In this document: positions 24,365 to 35,172 of the stretch, piece by piece
Layout of the letters: the number at the start of each line of letters is the position of its first letter
Numbering within the stretch: position 1 is the first letter of the stretch
Translations under genes and position numbers: made by a program
Source: Basidiobolus meristosporus CBS 931.73
Taxonomy: Eukaryota; Fungi; Basidiobolomycota
Direction: 5' to 3'
Length of the DNA: 64,000 bases
Assembly: GCA_002104905.1 (NCBI GenBank)
Contig: MCFE01000030.1
Coordinates: forward strand, 1-64,000
The notes under the pieces: generated by a model
Told to the model about the DNA's origin: nothing
What the model saw: only the letters and a program-made list of their open reading frames with translations
The model's database searches: none

Positions 24365-24712
24365 ACAGGTGGTATCGCTTAGAAGACACAGCCCATGACC
24401 AAATATTTTGTTGCGCATTCTATTCTATGATGTAGGCGGGGCGTTCCGTATCTTTGTATCAATTCTACTCGCATATTTTTCGCCAAGCTTGGGAATATCC
24501 CTACAATGTAAAGTATCTATATCACAACCCATACCCCTACCAATAAAGTACATAATTTGTCGACTAGAGAAGTTGTCCAGAAGTACACCAACTCAATGTT
24601 TGGCATGTGAATATTTCTTACATATCCGTGCTGTTGTCGAGATACCGAAGTGTGTATTGTGGCGGGTATACGAGCAAGCAGCTGTTGGCGGTTTATTTCT
24701 AGTACGTAAAGG

Positions 24713-25725
24713 TTATTTACGTTTATAGGGTGGCGTTTGCAATACACAATTCGTGCTAAACACGCAGCCTTCCTCGTGCATACGCTTGGCAATGATAGCA
24801 ATATTTCTCGCATCGTCTATCCCCGAATGTTCACGACCATCGAATGCTAGGTCCAGCTTCGACAACATACCGCTTATGTTTCGCTTGTCACATCGGTAGA
24901 ATTTGGCAAACAGTTTACGAATATCTATCCATGGTTTTTTGAAATAGCCAGGTCGAATTATATGGGAATGATCACACTGCTTCTCAATGAAATCGCGGAT
25001 GTCGAACGGTCCATCGGTTATGAACGCGGCTCTTTTCTTTTTGAAGAGAGAATGCTGGTTCATCCAAATCTCAAACTCTAAGATCACCTCATCGAATGTC
25101 GAGCTTCGATCGATAGTCTCCTTTATAAATATGCCGACAATAAACGAATCCATTGTGAGTTTATGCTTCTGCAGGGATTAGTTAGTCACAGTACAAACCT
25201 GAGTGATTCCCGTCAGCTTGGTGCAAAATTCTGACAAGACCGGAAATTTGGTAGGTTTGACATAGCGATGGAAAGTATCTACCTGGTTTGGATTCGTAAG
25301 TAATATGAGCCAATACGGAGAATCGTGTTGTTATCACCATATCCATGTTCGAATCTAGAAGTACAACGGGAAACTCGATAATCTCATTCAAAAAGTCAAA
25401 ATTGACTCCTGCCTCACAAGTAGCCTCCACGTCGAAGCACAAGTAATAATCAAAGGGCTGTTTGCTGACAAGATAATATTACAGGAATCAGATGGCTGGT
25501 CGCGAGCGGAATACTTCTGAACAGAAGATACCTGGTCTCCATTTTTGGCTCAAACGGTTGATCGCTGGTGGCTTTCTCCTCCAGCGCAACTTGTTTAAAA
25601 TGCTTTCTGACTTTCTCTTTAAGCTTTTTCTTTTGCCCTCTTGTGTCCAAGTTCAATTCACTCAGAAGTTTTCTAAGCTCCTCTGCAGTATTGGGTACGG
25701 GCTTCTTAGTATCACCTACTTCCAT
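24713..25725 (-). CDS. ERI1: ERI1-type DEDDh 3'-5' exoribonuclease with SAP domain (multi-exon)
   Basis: SAP-like EELRKLLSELNLDTRGQKKKL, followed by CFDVEATC, EIIEFP, LSEFCTKLTGITQ, TDGPFD and GREHSGIDDARN (D-E-D-H-D set intact). Confidence 0.93.
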
Positions 25726-25909
25726 AGCCAATTCTGTCAACTTAGTTTATTCTAATGTTAGGTGTCGTCAGGGTAAGATTAGATGCTTCGTTATGATCGA
25801 ACCACATCCGGATTGGTAACTACCCTTGCAAAATTTGCCAATTACATGGGACATGAACTTGCTGCGATGGCATGTACATAGGGACAGACAGACAAAAAAT
25901 CCCAACATC

Positions 25910-27210
25910 TCAAGTAGCTAAGGCGCCGGAAGTGGATATTGCTGCAAACAAAGAGCCCAATGTTCCGTGAAGCAGACGGACCAACGATTCCTCTCTCCTG
26001 GAGCGTGCATTAGGCGAAACATAGTCTTTCAGCCCATTTAGTCTCTGAATAATCCCTTCCAGCTGCTGCTCTCTAGATCGAATATCTTCCAAAACTCCCC
26101 CATTTTGTTGGATCCATTGTGCATCTAGCTTTTCAGGAATATGTAGCTTATCTTCCTCACCTCCGTTCAGTAAAGTCGTTGGGTTTATTGCAGACTTGGC
26201 CCTGCGACTCTTTCGGTTGGCTGACATTGAATTACTATAGCGATAACAAAGCCCAGTTGCTGTTGTATCCAATACGTCAGATACTGAGACATCGAATGGG
26301 CTCATGCTATCAGTTGGCAAGGCATCGGTACCATTGGACCGCTTTCCATTGTATTCAGAGGCTCTCTGGGGACTGGTTGCCTGCCAGTCTGCCCAGATCT
26401 TATCTATGAAAGCATGATGCAGCCAAAATAAAGGACTGAAGTGTGACCAAGGTTAGCTCATTAGCATCCCATTACATCAAACTGGTGGGACTTACTCGTT
26501 AGGGCTGGTCATGGCTGTCATATCGCCTCCAATACCCATATGAACTACGCCATGGATCGGGCTCTCCAGCTGACCACGGAAATCCGCATACGTTCGGGAG
26601 CTGTTGGCGACATTCATGATCACATCGCTGGAGTAAAAGGTGCCGATCTTCCCTTGAAGGTTGAACTTCCTAGATAAACAGTGTGGATCCGGATACTTCA
26701 TTTGCCATCCCGCAAACGGGCCGTTCGATACGCACCCCTTGAGGTCACCATCGCCCCCGAAATAGTTCTCGTTGAATATCTCGCTTTGATGAGGGGCTTG
26801 CGAATCTATGGTCCAATCCTAGTATACCCACATGGTTAATAATCAGGGTATGACAGCTGGGTTGGATGGCTGTTTACCCAATATGGTAGCATAATCTTGG
26901 GATTGATTTGTTGCAGTTTGGTTTCTAACACTCTAAGGTACTGTCGATGCCATGGACAGAATGCGGATCCACTGTGGGCTTCGTTGGCGTAGTTTGCGTG
27001 AATTAGCGTTAGCTCATCGTACGCACTACTCGAGCCATTTGGATTGTGCAATGTCTTCAGAGCATCGAAAAACTCGCGGCGTTCGTTTTGGCTTAGTTGA
27101 CGAATTTCCCGGCGAACGGAAACGGCCGCGCACCCTTGACCACCCACGAGCACTGGGAATGTGTACAAGGCAACAAAGAGTACCAGCTCAAGCAACCTAA
27201 TGTAAAGCAT
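25910..27210 (-). CDS. Secreted tyrosinase-like type-3 copper protein (3 exons)
   Basis: Signal-peptide-like start, then RREIRQLS. CuA: IH..AHSGSAFCPWHR, followed by LPYW/DWT. CuB: HGVVHMGIGGDM..SPN/PLFWLHHAFIDKIW, followed by LCYRY and a C-terminal extension. Confidence 0.93.
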
Positions 27211-27280
27211 CAAAATAGCTTTGTTTGTTGGAATTCCACACGATGATAGTCTATGAAAATCACGCTGGGTCGCGTCTTGG

Positions 27281-27288
27281 TATTTATA
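27281..27288 (-). promoter_or_regulatory. TATA box of tyrosinase
   Basis: TATAAATA on the - strand ~70 nt upstream of the ATG at 27210. Confidence 0.6.
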
Positions 27289-27720
27289 GAGCGCAGGTGG
27301 TCACCACGGCACACGAAGAAGCCCACCTAACATGCTACCAGGTTTTCAATCCATAAAGATTCCCCTATTTTTCTACCAACATTGTTCGAGTCAAGCGTAT
27401 ATTGAATTTCTCGGAGTGCATCAGGTGGATGGCCACAAAGTAATTTTACATCCGCTTGGAACCATCAGATATTTTGCCTCTACCTGTGAAAAAATGAAAA
27501 TGATGCTAGAATAACCAATTTAGGTATCTTCTCCTGTCTCAACGCTCCTGTTATTTGGTCACTGGCTGTAGAGAAATCCCGCGATATTTCCGACTGAGGA
27601 GACTTACTTTTTGGTAAGTAACAATCAGGCATGCTATACATAGCACAGCTTGGGAGAGCCAGATGCCACCACTGACTATATTACAGACCCTGGAGCTTCT
27701 CAAATCTCCCTTGAGTGGGC

Positions 27721-27900
27721 ATGAGGAGGCTTCATACTACCTTGAACATCGACATCCTAGCCATGCAACAAACGCACTCTATTTCATATCCATCCACTAA
27801 ACAGGAGTTTCGGACTCGCCATTGTATCCAAAAAGTTGAGACAAACTTGATGTCAACTACGTCATCGTGAAAATCCCCCTTCGTGATTGTTTGTACACCA
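27721..27900 (+). mobile_element. Possible remnant of a non-LTR retrotransposon APE endonuclease
   Basis: NIDILAMQQTH (27745-27777) resembles DIxxLQETH. After a frameshift comes FGLAIVSKK (27809-27835), resembling GVAILxK. Confidence 0.35.
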
Positions 27901-28653
27901 AATTGGTGCGTGTAGTGGATGATACGGGTACTCGACGGAACTCGAAATGCATGAACCGAAGACCTGAAAGAGACCTATCTCCCTACGTGGTTTGTACCTG
28001 AAACCAATACCCATCTGGTGTTTGTAGAGTTGTCGCCGTACTGCTTGCCAGAGAGCTCATTAGCATCTGGATGGCTGTGAGAGTCTGGCATAGCTTCTCT
28101 AGCGGGTTTGGTTGCCATCGCACATTGTCCTACACAAGCAGTATACTTGCTCGTTTGCAAGTCGATTAGTCATAAAGCTCTCCGATCTTGGTACAGCCTG
28201 CATTACCACAAGCGCGTGCAAATCCTGCCATTTAGGGTAATCCCAACATCTTAACGATGCTCGTGACTGTCTAATTTGCTGTATTTCGGCGTGTCATATT
28301 AGTGTCGAATCCAGGTTGTAGCTATAAAGCCCTCATATCTCCGCGTCCGTTGTATGTGAGCAACGATCTGAATACCATTGGCGAGGGTTTCTAAGGGAGT
28401 ATAGGGAATTATATATTCCGAGTAAATCGGTTACCAACACTCCAAACTAAATGGCTCGGGTTTAATAAATGCTGAGCTTTAATCGATTTGACTAGTTAGA
28501 AGTGTGGTTGTATCAGGCTGATTTGAGTTTAAAACATGTCCGGCAACTCCGTCCATGTCTGATGGAAATACCATCAAAGGGAGATTAAAAGTATTGCTCC
28601 AGTTTGGACAAAGACTCATCATATCACTTGGTTTGGGTGAGTTTTTCTTCCTG

Positions 28654-29765
28654 CTACATGTAAGATGGTTCTCCATTCATCGGATTGCTAAGCAAGGCGG
28701 TGCGCTCAGTCTTGATGTCCAACGGATTGTGAACGAGCGTTGTTCCAACGGAGACCCTCTCTGTCTTGTGGAATGTCCATACTAGACACATAATCAGTAG
28801 GGTTCCTTGAAGTGTACCGCTGGCTACAAATGTCATCCACGATGTCCAGTTAGTTCCTGGCCTCAAGTATATCGAATATGCGAACAAAAATGCCCCTGGA
28901 GTTTGCATCAACATCATGGGAATGCTGAGTGCGCCGACTGCCTACATGAAAAGAATACAACTACGGTGGGTCTCTGGATTGACATCAATCTTGTCAACAC
29001 ATAATTAGATTACCTTGAGTCTCCATGTGCGGTGGATTTGAGGTATATACTGTAAAGTAGCCATGGTAGTGCTAAGTAAGCCAAGAAAACCTGCCCATAG
29101 GTTGGCTTGTGCAGATGCAGGACCAAAAGAGCTTAGTACCCATATACTGACGAATAGCGACAGCACAAAGTGGGCGGCTACAAGAACGGTAACGAGTATT
29201 GAATGTCTCCAATCGGGAGTTTGTACACTCTGGTCGCTATTAAGTATGCGGGTGGTTTTCTTGTGTTGGGGAAAATAGATTATGTACAAGATTAAACTAG
29301 AGATTGGACCAGAAAAAATAAGTATGGATTCGTCTGCATTTCACAACAATGCCTCAAACGGTATATTACATTATGGCGAACATAGACCACTGAATTCCAA
29401 CTTGGATTATACCAAGGATATTTTCAAAACAATCTCCAGAAGACTAGACACAGATCCAGAGGGTTAGGTTGTTTAAGAAGACAGAAAACACAACGGTAAA
29501 GCTTACCAAATATCTGCAACACAACACAATTGGGAATTGCAACACCAAAACGTTTAAAAAGCTAGATGCGCAGGAAATAGAGCCCAGTAACAAAAACCAG
29601 GGACTGAATCCTTCGCTTGTTTTGCTCAAGAGTATCTTGAAATGCTACGAATGATACTAAATACTCTGATGAAATGTGGTTGAAATCAGTGACCATATGT
29701 AGTACCTGAGGGAGATATGATGCTAGCATTCCAACCGCCAAGAATACAGATATCGCGAATTCCAT
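28654..29765 (-). CDS. PQ-loop repeat membrane transporter (multi-exon)
   Basis: Two PQ motifs (LASYLPQ and LQYIPQIHRTW), SEGFSPWFLLLG, ALSIPMMLMQTPG and several TM segments. Confidence 0.9.
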
Positions 29766-32381
29766 CTTGTTATGGGAGGGAACACACATGGGTGGAAGCG
29801 GCTCCATTGTTCAAAAACTAATTGGGACGAAACAAACAGTTGGTTTTCAACGCTAACGGAGGCTGACTTTGGCAGTATTGTACTGGGCTCTTTACTATTA
29901 AGGTCGAGAGAAATTGAATATTGGAAAAGCCTCTGCCTGCTCTATCACCTGGGTGTAGTTCCTAACGAAGTAAGCTCAAGATGTAATAAGGTAGACTGTG
30001 AATATGAGAATAGTACAACTGGCGTGAACTCTATGTAATGCAATTGAAGTAAAATGAGGTTACAGGGTATGTCACTCAACTCATTGTTTATAACCATGTA
30101 TCACTATTTAAGGAGGACTAAGGTATCACACAGTTATCGATGCAAGTGATATTCTAGTTTAACAACTCCTGTAAGTACTTCAAGGAGGTGCTGATCTTTA
30201 TATGCAAAGCAAAATTCAAAGCGCCACATCTGCTGATTGATAACATATAATCCCGTCTCATTGGGATGATTTATATTGGCTGATGTTGACTTAGGGGCAC
30301 CCAGAGCATGATATGAATGAATCGCCACTGATTATTCAGAATGCCCAGTTTTGCACAGTCAAATCATTTTAAATGCAACTCACACTCAAAGCGTAGTCCA
30401 GAGTCATGACCGCTTGTGCTTATGCTTGCAATAATCTCGGAAAATCAACGTTTATATTGATCTGCCAATGTGCCATTTAACATCCGCTTACCCACTAAAG
30501 CATCACTCTTGAAATGGTACATCTAGTGAGGTAAAGCGTCACCTCATGGATCCCTACATTTTATCTGTGCATACACCAGGTTATCGTAAAAGATGCGTAT
30601 AAACTGTATCATTTGACGAACATATATCTATCTTGAGTACTTTGATATCATCAAGCTAGTTGAATATTCACCCATTCGTGGGCAACCTCAGCGCTCCGGA
30701 AGGATTGTCTAGAGTATATCGACCTTTAACTCACCCTTTACCTAAATTTCAATACGTACATCACAGAGAACATGGGTCATGTCCGCAAAATAGTAAATGT
30801 GAATGATGACTAGCCCGTAAGTTTTAGAAATTGTTTGCGGGTCATTAGTATTGAAAAGAACACGAGATTCCCTGTCCATCTCGGGAGGCTGAGACCCAAC
30901 GAACTATAAATCATTACTTGCAGCGAAATTTGTCAGCAGATTGCTCCTACAAAATTTTGGAAAGGCCTCTATAATTGACATCCAATAAAAGCACTTTAAC
31001 TGCCTGATTAGTGATTCTGAAAGTGGCATACATTGATCTACTGCCAAGCCCGAGTAACCTGTATGTTCTAGGTGAGAACCTAAACCATGTTTGAGCCATG
31101 AACATACCGTGCCAATCACAAGAATTAGAAGCTACCAAATGATCTGTAATATAGAACGTGCTCCACCATTTCCAAGACTGTCCACCAGATAGCTTCAATG
31201 CTTATTATGCCAACTCTCTTGTGGTTGCAAGACTTTTGTCCAATGGTAGACGGAATTAGCAAGACAACCAATCACGAAGTGTACCACTATATATAAATAG
31301 TGCGTATTTTTAGATAGCACTTCTTTCAAAATAAGTGATTGGATAATCATCACCGAATCCACCACATTCCGGGAATTGATTATCGACCATAATTTATGAA
31401 CGTCAACATTCCCTTGTGTCAAGTTCTATAAGTAAGCTCGTACCAAGCATAATTTAGCCCATACTTCAGGGACCGAGTTGTCTTCCACTTCGATAAACAT
31501 TACTTATCACTGATTTATTTGGAATCTCAATGTCGAATAAGTGACGAAGGAAAATTGTGTCCGCGCCCAAGACAATGCATCCTATATGAAGGCCAATGTG
31601 TAACCATAAAAGGTAGCCTCCATCTAGACCTCCGAGCCATGAAATCTTTATTGAGAAATATTGCAGAAGTTTCTATTAAATGAGTACTGAATTTCTTTTT
31701 GGAGATATTTAGGGATTAGATTCACCAATCTGACCCAGCGAGGGCAAGATTTTTTGCCCATGGAACTGGATATCCCATGATTATTGGACTTCAGTGTTCT
31801 TTTCTTGGCGAGGTAGTATAATGTGGCATGTAACATATAATAGTGGCATCATGGATTGACTATAAATGAGTGCTGTAGTGTCGACGTGAAAATAGGTAAA
31901 CATGCCTCGAGCTACTCGTCACCGTGATCTCGCTACTTTCCTGGCCTTCATAATAGCCAATATTTTGAGGATACTCTTCTACACTCACGAAACAAACGCA
32001 CGGCTTACTTACGGTGATTCACCCAGCTACGCTAAAGAGCGTAGGGTAAGACGTTATTGACTCTGCTCATTGTAAATGAAGACACTACTGTACAAAATCC
32101 ACCTGGTGTTTTGTTAAATATGCTGCCAACCAGACGTAACATAATTTAGACACGAATTTGATATTGATTGCAACTTACAGTCAGTGACATTGTTGGTGCA
32201 TGTCACCGGATCCAAGTTAATCTCCCAATTTCAAATACTGTCAATAACACCCACAACCTATGTATATCTCGTTTTATTTTCGAGCCGTGAAAAATAAACA
32301 TATAACGTATATCATGTCCTGCTTAGACTGCGCGTCCATTGATTGATAAATCCCATGAAATATCAATCTACTGGTTGCTAG

Positions 32382-33584
32382 TTACTCGGCCCAATACATA
32401 GAGGAAAACCACTGGGGGCTTGTAAGCGGATACAAGATGAGCGAGAAGAGGAAAACCCCGCCAATTAACGAGATCCACAGTACTATGTCAAAGCGGGCTT
32501 AGTTTGTGCATAAGTTCTATGTGTGTCATGGGTGGAACTTACAAGTACGGTGCTTCGGATATCGTTTTGGGCCCGATAAATCTGGGAAGCCCATGATATT
32601 ACAGAATGTATGTGATGCAACTGGACCATAGATACTACTAGTCCTCGAGAACAAAAATGTGGCCAACATTCCAAACACGGTGCAGTAAAAAAACTGGAAA
32701 GCTGCAGAAATGAGTCCAGTTATTAACGGAATAATATACGTCGCAACCATTGAGTTGACAGATACCTGCGCCAATAAGGGCTCCTCTCAAAGAACGGGTT
32801 TTGTAGTAAACGGCAATAGCATGATGGATATGAGCTAAAGTTTTGGAGGTTAAAAAGTGGTGTCCAAAGAAACCAATGATATGGCTTACCTGCTCCAAAA
32901 TATAGTGGTAAACATAACACTGTTATTGAGGGAGAAAACCCAGCAAAGTGGTAAACAGGAACCATGCAGGAACGGAAGATGAATTCCTCGGCTATGGGTC
33001 CCTACATTTGGCTCATTAGGGTGATTCCAACAGAAAGTCGATGACTGTAAATCAGTATTACAAATATAAAGTTACGAAAGCCGCTCAGAGAAGTAACTGT
33101 TTCGAGAACATCAGCTGTGAAATTGAATTGGCTCTGAAATGGCAACTCTTGGTCAAGAGCAGCCAACACAAGTGGCCCCAAAAATAATGCAGCGACAATC
33201 AACAGCGAAGATACTATAGACGTTATGGCTGATCTATAGCTCAGTCCAAGTATATTCAACAGCTCCAGAAAGCTGTTCTGAAAGATGAGATATATATAAG
33301 TATAGTTGAGAAGTGGATGTTAACTAAAGAATCTGGCCCCGCACCTTCTGGTTGAAATAACCCTTGTATGACAAGAGCATGTACAAATAAAGCGGAGATA
33401 CTATGCATGCTACTAGAACGCATTTGATCCGGTGAATGATGACTCGTGGGTCGTTCTTTGAGAAGTTGGCGCTGTGACTAACGGGAGATTTAACGTAGAA
33501 GCCGCCTACGAATACAGCTACAAAAAATAGGCAGGAGAGTACAGCCTCAGTATTGCTTAATAACGGCAAGTGTCCATCAACCAT
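32382..33584 (-). CDS. RCE1: CAAX prenyl protease 2 (type II CAAX/Abi family, multi-exon)
   Basis: KNDPRVIIHRIK, FRNFIF/GPIAEEFIFRSC, PLYFGA/AHIHH and HTFCNIMGFP: the EExxxR, FxxxH and HxxxN motifs. Confidence 0.93.
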
Positions 33585-35172
33585 GTTAGTCGTATAGCCA
33601 CAGCACCCAGAATTCAAATGAGGATTTAGATGCAAACTTCACAACAAAACTACATATCTAAATTGTATCCAATGATGAAATTCCGTTTATCTGGGCCAAC
33701 AACACACCTAATAACGATTGGTGAATCTGAAATATCCTGATTATTCTCTATACGAGGGAATCTCATGGAGTATACGACTCTTCCTCCACCCTTAATGTAC
33801 AATTGGTATTTTGAGGCTTTGGGATGTGAAAGAATTCCGTTGAGCTAACTAGGGGCCACTGCGATGACAAACTGCCAACTAGTTTAGCATGCACAAAGGC
33901 AACAATCATCTGGGATGCATTGGATTACGCGATCACATGAGAGCATCACTCAGACATAAGATGTGGGAGTTTCTTAATCAATCCACATGGCGTAAGAACT
34001 GTTATAGCAGCAAATCAATAGTCATTGTATACCACAAATACATTGCCGAAACAAGGACCGTCAAGGAAACATATATATCTAGCAAGTAGAAACGGGTCGA
34101 TTTTGGGTTGTGAAAATGTGAGCACTGAATCTCATTTGGAAACCGCATGGGAATTGCGGACAGCGTTTCGCCTGTGAACTCCAGCAAGGTGTTGCATGTA
34201 ACCGCAGAATGTATGATACCCGAACCGATTCATCTAGTTACCAGCAAGATCTTGTAGGTAGTGTTCAATGACATGTTTTTGTGGAGAGTTGTACACTGCC
34301 AATATTCAAGCAGCAAGGGCTGGCTAGACGGGTACCTACCTGGAAGCGCTGCTTGAAATATGCATATTGGCCTCGGAGTAATTGTATGAAGAATATGTCA
34401 TGGCGGATGCTTGATGTGGTACGGAGGATAGGTTAAGCATCCATTGAGATTGACTCATCGCGGATTACGATGTAGCCAATATAAATGTTTATATGTGAGT
34501 CATTCAGTGCGATCACAAATAGGAATCGGATGCAATATGGATACCAAGAAACCGACTTTGTCCTCCTGCTAATGGTGGAAAATATGGAGGTTGATCAAGG
34601 CTTTATTATTCCATGGGTGATGCCAGAGGAATTCGGGGATGGCAATGGCTGCAAGTGGTGTTTCCGTGAAATATAGACATTGCTTCACCAATCTCACAAT
34701 GTAATACAGGTTCCAGATCCTGTGTAATCTGGAGCTCGGTAATATGTGGGCTAGAGGCTCTGTGGCAGAAGATGCACAAATATAATCTGCTTCAAAATTG
34801 ATTAACTTGATGGCTATAATTGTTCATGGCTGTCTCCAAAGCCAGACGGGATGGTTCCATATTGGGAATTCTCATGGCGATACGAGTCAAAATGAATCAA
34901 GGCAAGAGATACTTTCTCCATTCATACTGTGACTTTCTCCATGTTTCCGGTTAAGATATGGCTATTCCTTAATTTGATCATCAATTAATTCAGTCTCTAA
35001 GATTTGGCTGTCCCATCATTTTTAAAACATTTTCCTCGCAGAGTTCTTGGTCTCATACTCCATCTTCATAGCATCCTTTGGTATTTATGTGTTTGTAACT
35101 GTCCACAGGTGTTGATATTTGATCTTAGAACGCCATTTTTTGCACACAGTTTAGTCACATTTAAAGTTCCCG

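Noticed and set aside
28100-28170. EQVYCLCR on the - strand resembling a PHD-finger start
   Set aside because: A stop follows within ~10 codons and no remaining Cys/His ligands are present.
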